Positions 16,952 to 25,968 of a stretch of DNA of 64,000 nucleotides are shown here, piece after piece (the first letter of the stretch is position 1; every line of letters begins with the position of its first letter). The stretch comes from Acidimicrobiia bacterium (GTDB taxonomy: Bacteria > Actinomycetota > Acidimicrobiia > IMCC26256 > PALSA-610): assembly GCA_038213435.1 (NCBI GenBank), contig JBBQTI010000010.1, positions 3,930-67,929 of the forward strand, in the 5' to 3' direction. Below the pieces are notes generated by a model. The model did not search any database. It saw nothing but the letters and a program-made list of their open reading frames with translations, and was not told the DNA's origin. The translations under genes and the position numbers were made by a program.

Positions 16952-18755
16952 GTTCGTCGGGTGTCTCTCACATCGACGTTCGGCGCATGGGCTGCAGGAA
17001 CGGGTCTCGGAGCTGCGCCCGGTCGTGTGCGCAACTCGCCCTGTCCGTACCGGCAGCCGCACTCGATGAGGATCGCGGTCTCGACCTCCGTTTGGATGCC
17101 CGCGGCTATCACCGACAGGCCGAGCGTCGTGCCGACCTGTACCAGCGCGGCGACCATGTCGCACCCGGGGGGATGGATCTCGCCGTCCGACGTCAGGTTC
17201 GCGACGAGCTCGCCGTCGAGCTTCAGGAAGTCCGTCGGCAGCTGCTGGAGTCTCGGAAGCGGTGTGTGGCCGGTGCCGAACGCATCCACGCCGATGTGGA
17301 CACCGAGGTCTTGAATGGCCGTGAGCTCACTCGTGGCGGAACTACTCGCGCGCATCAACACGCTCTCGGTCAGCTCGAGCCAGAGCCGGTCGGGCGCGAC
17401 GCCCGTATCGTCGAGCGTGGCGGCGACGACTTCGGCGAGCCCGGGTTCTGCGACCTCCCGTGCCGAGAGGTTGACCGACATCCAACCCGGCCATCCGGCG
17501 TCTCGCCAGAGCCGCGCTTGGATGCAAGCGGCGCGCATCGCCCACGCGCCGATGGGAACGATCAGGCCGGTTTGCTCGGCGATCTCCAGGAACTGGCCCG
17601 GCTGCAGGAATCCGCGAGTCGGATGTTCCCACCCGAGGAACGCCTCGACGCCCACGACGGAGCGTCGGGCGAGCTCGTGGATCGGCTCGTAGTGAAGGAC
17701 GAACTCGCCGCGCTCGAGCGCGGGACCAGGTCTGCCTCGAGCTCGAATCGCTGCGAAGCCTCTTCGACCAGCACGTCGTCGAAGCGATGCCAGCGGGCCC
17801 GTCCCCGGCGCTTGGCTCGGTACATGGCGGCGTCGGCGTTGCGTAGCAGTGTCAACGAATTGGCGTGCTCGACGGACGTGCCGTCGACGGTCGCGATCCC
17901 AATGCTCGACGTCATCAGACACTGCCGGCCGTCGATCACGATCGGTTGCTCGATCGTGGCGTGGATGCGTGACGCGATCGCGGTCGCTTCCTCGACGTCG
18001 TGCAGGCCGTCGCACACGACGACGAACTCGTCTCCGCCGATGCGGGCCACGGTGTCGGACTTCCGTTGCAGTCGCTCCAAGCGCCGCGCGATTTCCACGA
18101 GCACGTGGTCTGCGAACTCATGACCGTACCCGTCGTTGACGAGCTTGAAATCGTCGAGGTCGCAGAACAGCACCGCCACGACGTCTTGCGATCGCTCCGC
18201 GCGCGACAACGCGACGTCCAACCGTTCCAACAAGGCGAGTCGGTTCGGGATCCCCGTCAACGGATCGCGCAGGCTGCGCTCGAGCAACTCGGCCCTCTCG
18301 GCCTTCCGGGTGGTGACGTCGCGAGCAGAAGTGACGATGCCGTTCACGTCGGGATCGTCGAGGCAGTTGATCTCGATGTTCTCGAACCAGTGCCAGTCGC
18401 CTTCGCGGTCGCGCATCCGGACCTCGATCGGCGGAAGCGGCGGACCTCCGGGCGGCGATCCCGCCACGAGATCGTCGCGTGCGTCGACGTCGCTGGCGTG
18501 AATGAGGTCTCGTTCCCTCGTGCCCTCGAGCTCGGCGGGCTGATAGCCGAGCGCATCGGACACCGACGGGCTGCAGTACGTCAAGATCCCGTCGGCGTTG
18601 CGTACGAGGACGATGTCGCGCAGACTCGACAACAAGGCGTGGTCGCGGCTTTCGCCAAGATGCTCGGGCACACCGAAGCGAGTCGTGGCCCCCTTCGTCG
18701 ATGCGGCGCGATCATCGAGTCGGCTCGTTGGACGCCTGCGCGTCGCTCGCCCCAT
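16948..18755 (-). pseudogene. PAS-GGDEF-EAL c-di-GMP signalling protein interrupted by a 1-nt frameshift near 17722-17726
   Basis: Track ORF 17562..18935 carries PAS plus GGDEF ('RKSDTVARIGGDEFVVV') up to 'FELEADL'. Track ORF 16948..18015 resumes with 'ALERGEFVLHYEPI...' (EAL domain) in another frame. No other defects are present. Confidence 0.8.
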
Positions 18756-19015
18756 ACGTCGCTGCTCCTTGCGGTACCGAACCGGAAGTGCGAGCGCGTC
18801 GCGGGGTCTCGGCGAGACGCGCGTAGTCACGTTACGACGACCTGACCGCGCAACGAATCCGCTGATTCCCGTAATCGCAGCCTGGAAAGGCCGCACCGGA
18901 ACGCACTCGACCGACTGCGCGCGGTGTGTTGTCACGTTGCAGTGACGACGTCGTCACGCTCCGAGACAACGGTGGAACGGACGCCGAGGCGAGCCATCGA
19001 GCAGGAGGCATTCCC

Positions 19016-19444
19016 ATGACACCCGGTCATTCGCGTGGGCCCGGACGATCACGGCCGCGCGGGAGGAGTGGTCCGACAGGCGTCGCGATCACGAACGCCG
19101 AGAACGCGTCCCATTGGGTCAGCGTGACGTGCCCGGCGTGTGGTGTCGTGCGAGTGCGAGCCGACCTCGTCGTCGTCCGCAACTGCGTCGACGATCAAAG
19201 CTGGTCCTATCGCGCTCGTTGCTCCGGCTGCGATATCACGTTCGTCGGCCCGACTCTGGCATCGCTCGCGCGCCCGGCAGTCTCGGCCGGTCTTGCGATC
19301 GAGCTCTGGACGCTCCCCAAGCCGAGCGCGCGACGAGCTGGATCGCCGTTGCGCGCCGTCGACGCGCTGGAGCTCCACCTCGCGTTGCTCGAACCGGATT
19401 GGTTCGACCAGCTGGTTCGGCTGGAGCCGCCCGAGGAAGGCTGA
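19016..19444 (+). CDS. hypothetical protein with CxxC...CxxC zinc-ribbon-like motif
   Basis: RBS GCAGGAGG lies upstream of ATG 19016. The Cys motif is 'VTCPACGV...RARCSGCDI'. No family is recognised. Confidence 0.5.
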   Translation: MTPGHSRGPGRSRPRGRSGPTGVAITNAENASHWVSVTCPACGVVRVRADLVVVRNCVDDQSWSYRARCSGCDITFVGPTLASLARPAVSAGLAIELWTLPKPSARRAGSPLRAVDALELHLALLEPDWFDQLVRLEPPEEG

Positions 19445-19477
19445 TCGCAACCGGCATGGCCGAAAGCCGCGATCAGG

Positions 19478-20239
19478 GTGGTACCAGCCCGAGGTCGATC
19501 TGCGGACGGGTCTCCTCGTCGCGCCGAGGCGCTCGCGCGTTGGGACCACCCCGAACGTGGAATCCTCGACGCGGAGAAATTCGTTCCGCTCGCGGAAGAG
19601 ACCGGGCTCGTGTTCGGGCTCGACGATGCGATCGTGCGGAGCGCGGTCACGACCCGGGCGGAGCTCGCCGGCGCCGGCCTCGCCGACAGCTTTCGGATCT
19701 GGTGCAACGTGTCCGCGACCCGCTTGACGCGCGGGATGCCGGCTGAACAGCTGGCGCGACTCTTCGAGCGCACGGGGTGTGACCCGAACCTGTTCGGCGT
19801 CGAGATCACCGAGACGGGGGTGCTGGGCGACGTGGTCGCGGCGGAGCGTGAGATCGCGGCCGTCCGAGCGATCGGCGTCAAGGTGGCGCTCGACGACTTC
19901 GGCACCGGTCATTCATCGCTCACGTTGTTGCGCTCGCTCACGATCGACCGGGTGAAGATTGATCGGACCTTCCTCTCCGAATGCACGCGCGACTCGCGCG
20001 ACGCGGCCATCGTCCGACGCGTCATCGCGCTCGCCCACGACCTCGGCCTCGACGTCGTAGCCGAAGGGGTGGAAACCCCCGAGCAAGCGCGTCTCCTCAT
20101 CGAGCTCGGGTGTGCGAGGACTCAGGGAAATCTCTGGGCGAAGGCGCTTCCGATCGGCGAGCTCCGCGACCTGCTGGACGCACAACAGCGCCGCACCCCC
20201 GTGGCCGTGCACGATCCCGAGTCCGGCGTCGCGGGGTAG
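19478..20239 (+). CDS. EAL-domain c-di-GMP phosphodiesterase (catalytic motifs intact, N-terminal strand out of frame)
   Basis: 'AEALARW', 'CNVS', 'EITE', 'LDDFGTGHSSL', 'KIDR', 'AEGVET' and 'TQG' are all present. The expected 'WYQPEVDLRTGLLVA' is encoded at 19479-19523 in a different frame. Confidence 0.7.
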   Translation: MVPARGRSADGSPRRAEALARWDHPERGILDAEKFVPLAEETGLVFGLDDAIVRSAVTTRAELAGAGLADSFRIWCNVSATRLTRGMPAEQLARLFERTGCDPNLFGVEITETGVLGDVVAAEREIAAVRAIGVKVALDDFGTGHSSLTLLRSLTIDRVKIDRTFLSECTRDSRDAAIVRRVIALAHDLGLDVVAEGVETPEQARLLIELGCARTQGNLWAKALPIGELRDLLDAQQRRTPVAVHDPESGVAG

Positions 20240-20269
20240 CGTTTCGCCCGAAGCGATCGCGGAGGTGTT

Positions 20270-21514
20270 GTGCGAGACCGAGGGTCGGAGCCCACGAGCA
20301 GGTACACGATCATCTCGGTCGATGGGCATGCGGGTGCCGCTCTGTCCGACTACAAGCCATACCTCGCGTCGCGATGGCACGACGAGTTCAATGTCTGGGC
20401 CGAGGCGTACGTCAACCCGTTCGCCGATCTGCTTGCCGCGACCGCGTACAGGAATTGGGACAGCGAGCGACGCCTGAAGGAGACGGAATCGCAGGGAATC
20501 GTCGCCGAGGTGCTGTTCCCGAACACGGTGCCACCGTTCTTCGCGCAGGGAAATCTCACCGCGCTCGAGCCCAATACGGCCGATTACGAACGACGCTTTG
20601 CCGGCCTTCAGGCCCACAACCGTTGGTTGGCCGACTTCTGTGCAGCCGCGCCGGGCCGCCGCGCCGGGCTCGCGCAGGTCTTCTTGAACAACGTCGACGA
20701 CGCGCTCGGTGAGGTTCGCTGGGCGAAAGAGAACATGGACGTGTTCGGCGGAATCCTGCTGCCGAACGTCGCGCCGAACTCCGCGGTGCCGCCGTTGTGG
20801 GATCCCTGCTACGAACCCCTCTGGGAGTTGTGCGAAGAGCTCGACGTCGTCTTGAACGTGCACAGCGGAAGCGGCCTTCCCGACTTCGGCGAGCACGAGG
20901 CCGCGCGGGCGATCATGTTGATCGAGCTCGCGTGGTTCGCGCATCGCGCGGTGTGGCACCTGATCTTCGGCGGCGTGCTCGAGCGCCATCCGAGCCTTCG
21001 CGTCGTGCTTACCGAGCAGGGCACCGGTTGGATCCCGCGCGGCGTCGAAACGCTCGACTGGTTTCATCGCCGCATGACGCACGGCGGTGCGGCCGAGGCC
21101 GTGTTCTTCGGCGCGGTCGCCGGCAGCATGTCGTTGACGCCGAGTGAGTACTTCCGGCGCAACTTCTGGGTGGGCGCGAGCTTCCTGCGTCCTTCGGAGA
21201 GCGAGTTGCGCTACGAGGTCGGAGTCGACCGCATCATGTGGGGCGCGGACTATCCGCACTCCGAAGGCTCCTATCCGTACACCACGGAGGCGCTCCGTTG
21301 CGCGTTCGCACCGTGTCCGCCCGAAGAGACGCGCATGATGCTCGAGACGACCGCGGCCGACGTCTACGGATTCGACCTCGAGATGCTGCGGTTGATCGGA
21401 GACCAGGTCGGCCCTACGGTCGCCGAGGTGCTCGTGCCGCTCGATCCGGCCGACTATCCCGCCGACTCCACGTGCAATGCGTTCGACGCGGAGCAGGTCG
21501 TCAAGTCGTGGTGA
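20270..21514 (+). CDS. amidohydrolase_2 family metal-dependent hydrolase/decarboxylase
   Basis: GTG 20270 has GGAGG 5 nt upstream. 'YTIISVDGHAG', 'NVHSGSG' and 'IMWGADYPHSEG' are typical of the ACMSD/LigW-like amidohydrolase_2 family. Confidence 0.8.
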   Translation: MRDRGSEPTSRYTIISVDGHAGAALSDYKPYLASRWHDEFNVWAEAYVNPFADLLAATAYRNWDSERRLKETESQGIVAEVLFPNTVPPFFAQGNLTALEPNTADYERRFAGLQAHNRWLADFCAAAPGRRAGLAQVFLNNVDDALGEVRWAKENMDVFGGILLPNVAPNSAVPPLWDPCYEPLWELCEELDVVLNVHSGSGLPDFGEHEAARAIMLIELAWFAHRAVWHLIFGGVLERHPSLRVVLTEQGTGWIPRGVETLDWFHRRMTHGGAAEAVFFGAVAGSMSLTPSEYFRRNFWVGASFLRPSESELRYEVGVDRIMWGADYPHSEGSYPYTTEALRCAFAPCPPEETRMMLETTAADVYGFDLEMLRLIGDQVGPTVAEVLVPLDPADYPADSTCNAFDAEQVVKSW

Positions 21515-21529
21515 TCCCAGTGGCTTTGA

Positions 21530-22786
21530 TCAGCCGTTCCACGCCACCTGGTACTCGTCCTTCCACCACTCGGCGCGTCGGATCTCTTCGGGCGAGGTGA
21601 CGAGGCCGACGTCTTGGCCGAGATCGTGCGGTGTGGGGCCGATGCGCTCCGCGATCGGGCGGAGTGCGTCGAGGTCGAAGCCGTAGCACCGCGCCGCGGT
21701 CTCGCCGAGCAGCCGACGTGTGTCTTCGACGGGAACGTCGCCGAAGTCGCTGCGCAGTCGCGCGATCGTGTGGGGCCACGTCCCTTCGGGATGCGGGTAG
21801 TCGGTGCCCCACATCGCGACACCACAGCCGATCGTGTGCCGGCGGCGGATCTCCTCCTTCGACATCGTCGACGCGCCCACGAAGATGTTGGTTCCGAAGT
21901 ACTCCGACGGGAGCTTCGACAGGATGCCCGTCATGAGCGCGGCCAACTTCTTCGTGGTGTGCCCGCCCCCGAAGTACTGGTCCCACTTCCATTTCATGTC
22001 GGCGACCCAGTAGCACGCGCCTTCGGTCACGATGAACTTCAATCCGGGGAAGCGCTCGAAGGCGCCGCTGAAGAGGAGGTGCGCGATCGGCCGGTGCGTC
22101 CAGAAGACGACCTCGGCGAGATAGATACCGATGAACTCGTTCATCTCCTCGCGCGGCGCCTCACCCGAATGCGTGTGCACGGGGAGCGCGGCGGCCTGGC
22201 ACGCGGCCCAGACCGGGTCGTACGACGGATGGTTGTACGGCAAATGGCCGCGCCACATCGTGGGGATCATGATCCCGCCGATGCCGGGTTTGTCGGCGAG
22301 CCATTCGATCTCCGATACCGCGCGCCCGACGTCGTGGCATATCGGCACCAGCCCGACTCCCGCCCGCCGCTCGGGGCTTCCGGCGCACAGCTCGACGAGG
22401 AAGCGGTTGTGCGCCCGGGCACCCGCGAACGCGAGCTCGGGGTCGTCGATCGTGCCGGCCGAGAGTCCGGCACCGAAGGGCGGGGACTCCATGCCGGTGA
22501 TCGCGTCGGCATCGGGGAAGATGACCTCGGCCGCGACGCCGTCGGCATCCATCTCCTTGTCGCGTTGCGCCGGGTCGTACGCGCCGCGCAGGCCCTCCTC
22601 GTGAGTGGTCTCCCAGGTGGTGATGTAGTCGTAGTTCAACACCATCTGCTCGTCGCGGTTCGCCTGGCGCTCCGCGAGGAAGTCGTCGAACTGGGGAAGG
22701 ACGCGACTGTCGAGATACGGCCGGTACTCCTCGCAGGGAAGTCCCGCGTGCGCGTCCGCCGAGATGATCGTGTAGGGCGGGCTCAC
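21530..22786 (-). CDS. amidohydrolase_2 family protein (paralogue)
   Basis: 'YTIISADAHAG', 'PVHTHSGE' and 'AMWGTDYPHPEG' are present. A GTGA overlap joins it to the upstream ADC-like gene. Confidence 0.8.
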   Translation of the reverse strand: MSPPYTIISADAHAGLPCEEYRPYLDSRVLPQFDDFLAERQANRDEQMVLNYDYITTWETTHEEGLRGAYDPAQRDKEMDADGVAAEVIFPDADAITGMESPPFGAGLSAGTIDDPELAFAGARAHNRFLVELCAGSPERRAGVGLVPICHDVGRAVSEIEWLADKPGIGGIMIPTMWRGHLPYNHPSYDPVWAACQAAALPVHTHSGEAPREEMNEFIGIYLAEVVFWTHRPIAHLLFSGAFERFPGLKFIVTEGACYWVADMKWKWDQYFGGGHTTKKLAALMTGILSKLPSEYFGTNIFVGASTMSKEEIRRRHTIGCGVAMWGTDYPHPEGTWPHTIARLRSDFGDVPVEDTRRLLGETAARCYGFDLDALRPIAERIGPTPHDLGQDVGLVTSPEEIRRAEWWKDEYQVAWNG

Positions 22787-23565
22787 TTCGCGTCCCTCGG
22801 CCCCAGCACCGACAGGTCGTCGTAACGCTGATGAACGTAGGGGAGGAGCCAGTCGGCGGGAACGCGCTCGACCACCTCGCCCGCTTGCGTCGTCGCGACC
22901 TGCGCGTACTGCATGGAGACGATCCGGCCGACCGGGATGTCGGCGATCGGGTCGAGCGGCGAGTCGTGCAGCGTCAGCGTGCCGTCGATCGTGCGGCCGT
23001 CGCGCGCCTCCTCGTGACGGCGCACGTGCACGAGCGCAGGCTCGGTGTCGAAGCCCTTGCCGTCGGGCGAAGGGCTGACCTTGAAGTAGAAGTCGACCTT
23101 GTCGCGGGCGGGAATGTCGATCGACGCGCCAAGCGATCCGTCGACGACCGCCAGCGGGAAGCCCATGCGGTCGAAGCGCGCGTGCAGGTGATCGCCACTT
23201 CGCTCGATCGACACGCCGCCGATCTTCTTGGGCTCGCCGTACGTCTCACGACCGCCGACCGTGGCCTGCTCCGTCGTCATCGGCATGAACAGCGCGTACT
23301 CGCCCTCGACGCTTCCGTGCCGGGCCCTGACGCCGAACCATCCGGCTCCGAACACCGGGATGCCCGTGCCCATGTCGACCGTGGCGAACCGGATACGCGC
23401 GCGGGAGTCCGACGGCTCGAGCGGCGGCGGCAGCACCGCCCGGATCGCGTCGGCGTCGGTCTCCCACACGACCGTCACGGCGGTCGACCAGATTTGCTTC
23501 GACGTCGCTTCGACCTCGCGGTTGCGTTGTTGCTCGGGTGGACGAGCGCCGTATCGAATCGTCAT
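22783..23565 (-). CDS. acetoacetate decarboxylase (ADC) family protein
   Basis: 260 aa from ATG 23565. 'VVWETDADAIRAVLPPPLEP', 'EYALFMPMTTEQATVGGRETYGEPKK' and 'LPYVH' follow the ADC-family pattern. Confidence 0.7.
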   Translation of the reverse strand: MTIRYGARPPEQQRNREVEATSKQIWSTAVTVVWETDADAIRAVLPPPLEPSDSRARIRFATVDMGTGIPVFGAGWFGVRARHGSVEGEYALFMPMTTEQATVGGRETYGEPKKIGGVSIERSGDHLHARFDRMGFPLAVVDGSLGASIDIPARDKVDFYFKVSPSPDGKGFDTEPALVHVRRHEEARDGRTIDGTLTLHDSPLDPIADIPVGRIVSMQYAQVATTQAGEVVERVPADWLLPYVHQRYDDLSVLGPRDAK

Positions 23566-23624
23566 GATCGAGATTCTTCCACGGCCACCCGGGCCTCGGT
23601 AGGGCACAACGCGGTAGGGAGAGA

Positions 23625-24512
23625 ATGGTGCACGCGGTCGAGGGAAAGGTCGCGGTCGTCACCGGCGGCGCGAACGGCATCGGCCTCGCCATGGGACGGC
23701 ACTTCGCCGCGCACGGGATGTCGGTCATGCTCGCCGATATCCAACCCGATCCCCTCGACGCGGCCGTCGCGCTCCTCCGCGGTGAGGGACTCGACGTTGC
23801 CGGCTGCCTCACCGACGTGACGAAGCTCGCGTCGGTCGACCATCTTGCCGACGAGACGGTGCGAGCCTTCGGCGCCGTGCACGTCGTGTGCAACAACGCG
23901 GGCATCGGTCCGGGCGGTCAGACGCTTTTGTGGGACTACGAGGAGAACGACTGGCGCTGGTGCCTGGACGTCAACGTGTGTGGAGTGGCGTGGGGGATCA
24001 AGGCGTTCGTGCCACGGATGATCCGGGGCGGTGAGGAGGGGCACATCGTCAACACGTCGTCGGGGAATGGTGGGATCGCGCCGATGGGCGACGCGCCGAT
24101 CTACGCGATGTCGAAGAGCGCGGTCACGACGCTCACAGAGTTGCTCTTCTATCAGCTCCGAACGCAGGACACGAAGGTCTCGTGCTCGGTGTTGTATCCG
24201 GGACCGAACTGGTTGCGCACGAAATTGTGGGAAGCATGGCGCACGCGACCACAGGAATACGCGAAGTCGCTCGCCCGAACGACCGCGTACCCGAGCTTCG
24301 AGGAGTTCGAACGGCAGATGGAGGCGGCCGGAACGCCGTTGCCGGTCACACCGCTCGAAGAGGTCGCGGGCCGCGTGCTCGACGCGATCCTCGAGGACCG
24401 CTTCTGGATCAATCCGAGCAACGACGACGCGCTCGACGCGCGCTACGCCTCCATGAAGGCGCGGCGCAACCCCGACTACTTCCGGAACTGGAACCCCACA
24501 ACCAACCAGTGA
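23625..24512 (+). CDS. short-chain dehydrogenase/reductase (SDR)
   Basis: 'KVAVVTGGANGIGLA', 'NNAGI' and the 'YAMSK' catalytic Y-x3-K are present. Confidence 0.85.
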   Translation: MVHAVEGKVAVVTGGANGIGLAMGRHFAAHGMSVMLADIQPDPLDAAVALLRGEGLDVAGCLTDVTKLASVDHLADETVRAFGAVHVVCNNAGIGPGGQTLLWDYEENDWRWCLDVNVCGVAWGIKAFVPRMIRGGEEGHIVNTSSGNGGIAPMGDAPIYAMSKSAVTTLTELLFYQLRTQDTKVSCSVLYPGPNWLRTKLWEAWRTRPQEYAKSLARTTAYPSFEEFERQMEAAGTPLPVTPLEEVAGRVLDAILEDRFWINPSNDDALDARYASMKARRNPDYFRNWNPTTNQ

Positions 24513-24599
24513 AGTTCGCAACCAGTGAAGTTCGCAACCAGTGAAGTTCGCAACGAGTGAAGTTCGCAACGAGTGAAGTTCGCAACCAGTGAATTCAGT
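24504..24599. repeat. 16-bp tandem repeat AAC(C/G)AGTGAAGTTCGC, 5 full copies plus 1 degenerate copy
   Basis: Copies start at 24504, 24520, 24536, 24552 and 24568, with a degenerate sixth at 24584. Copies 1-3 read CCAG and copies 4-5 read CGAG. The array contains the SDR stop codon (24510-12) and abuts the PhyH stop codon (24599-601). Confidence 0.95.
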
Positions 24600-25357
24600 T
24601 ACGGATGAGTGCAGTGATCGGTCGCCGCGTCGGTCGCGACTTCGGCGCCGTCGAAGTCGGCCAGGGTGCTGATGCGGAAGCGACCGTCGCGTTCGGTCTC
24701 GCTGCGCATGCGATCGCCGCGCTGCGCGTAGTAGTGCGCGCGGGTGTATTTCTCGCTGGTCGGCGCGTAGCTCGCGACGAGTACCCGCCGGGGAACGTCG
24801 CCGCGGTTCGTCTCGCTGTAATGCGGCGCGAGGCCGTCGATGCAGACCGCGTCGCCGGAAGCCAACTCGACTGCAAACCAATCGAGCTCGGCTGCGACGT
24901 CGGCACGCACAACGCCGCGGTCGTCGACCGGGAGAACATCGTGCGCGTCGCCGGCCAGCCACAGGCACCCGGACTCGACACGACAATCGTCGATCGCGAC
25001 GAGGATCGACATCACGCGCTCGACGCCGGGATATGCGACCTTGTCCTGGTGTGGGCTGAAGCCTGCGCCTCCGGGCTGCTTGTAGTTCAGCTTGTCTTTG
25101 AAGGCGACGACCGGCTCGCCGAGTGCCTCCGCCGCGCAGTCTGCCAACGAACCGGTGACGAGCGACGCGATCTTGGGGTGACACGCCGTCACGTTCTCGG
25201 TGCGACAGATCCTCGGTCCCTCCTGCGTGTGCTCGGCGTAGTGACCCCACACGTGCGAGCCGGTGGGCCACGCCTCGACCTCGTCGGCCCAAGCTCGCAG
25301 CGCGTCGACCTGCGATTCGTCGAGCAGCCTCGTTCGCACGACCTCGGTTGCGTTCAC
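24599..25357 (-). CDS. phytanoyl-CoA dioxygenase (PhyH) family Fe(II)/2-oxoglutarate oxygenase
   Basis: The HxD is 'SPHQDK', the distal His is 'APHYSE', and the 2OG-binding Arg is 'RRVLVASY'. Confidence 0.75.
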   Translation of the reverse strand: MNATEVVRTRLLDESQVDALRAWADEVEAWPTGSHVWGHYAEHTQEGPRICRTENVTACHPKIASLVTGSLADCAAEALGEPVVAFKDKLNYKQPGGAGFSPHQDKVAYPGVERVMSILVAIDDCRVESGCLWLAGDAHDVLPVDDRGVVRADVAAELDWFAVELASGDAVCIDGLAPHYSETNRGDVPRRVLVASYAPTSEKYTRAHYYAQRGDRMRSETERDGRFRISTLADFDGAEVATDAATDHCTHP

Positions 25358-25367
25358 ACCGAGAAAC

Positions 25368-25910
25368 CTAGACCGCGTGCCCGACGGAGACGTGAGCCAG
25401 CCAACCGAGGAACGCTTCCTCGTAGGCGATGCCGAACTCGACCACGGCCGCGACGTGCGGATCGATGGAGTCCGAAACGGCCACGACCTCGTTGAACCCG
25501 CGGTACTCCGCGAGGCGGCGTTCGTGCTCGGCGCGGTGGTCTTGGAGGAAGACCGCGAGTGTCTCTTCGTCGAGGTGCTTGGCGAACCAAAGCGTGACCA
25601 GCAGGGGGATGCGCATCTGCTCGTGCCCGGGCGGCTGGCGGATCCACCGCGCGAACGCGCTCCTCCCGGATGAGGTGATGCTGAACGGACGGCGGTCGCG
25701 GGGGCCCGGATCGCCGGCCCGTACGAGGCCGCGCGTCTCGAGCGTCTTCAGCTCGCGATACACGTGGCTCGAGGTGATGTTCCAGAATCGAGCCAGCCCG
25801 CGCCGCGCCTCGTCGAGAAGATCCCAGCCGGTCGCCGGTTGCTCATGCAGGAGCCCGAGTAGGGAGGCCTGCGTCGCGTTGAGCTCCACGACTTCGAGGT
25901 CGCCGTCCAC
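25368..25910 (-). CDS. PadR family transcriptional regulator
   Basis: 'LLGLLHEQPATGWDL...SSHVYRELKTLETRGLV' is a PadR wHTH. The start is GTG. Confidence 0.8.
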   Translation of the reverse strand: MDGDLEVVELNATQASLLGLLHEQPATGWDLLDEARRGLARFWNITSSHVYRELKTLETRGLVRAGDPGPRDRRPFSITSSGRSAFARWIRQPPGHEQMRIPLLVTLWFAKHLDEETLAVFLQDHRAEHERRLAEYRGFNEVVAVSDSIDPHVAAVVEFGIAYEEAFLGWLAHVSVGHAV

Positions 25911-25938
25911 TTGACATTCCCTTCTGGAGGGTTAGCCT
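25911..25938 (+). promoter_or_regulatory. candidate sigma-70-type promoter for the PhyH gene at 25969
   Basis: TTGACA (25911-16), a 16-nt spacer, then TAGCCT (25933-38). RBS AAGGGAGGG precedes GTG 25969. The -35 directly abuts the PadR start codon. Confidence 0.4.
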
Positions 25939-25968
25939 CACTCTAACATTCCCCAAGGGAGGGTCCAG

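Noticed and set aside
24504-24599. The 16-bp tandem array considered as a CRISPR array.
   Set aside because: The repeats are contiguous with no spacers, the unit is far shorter than CRISPR repeats, and no cas genes are nearby.
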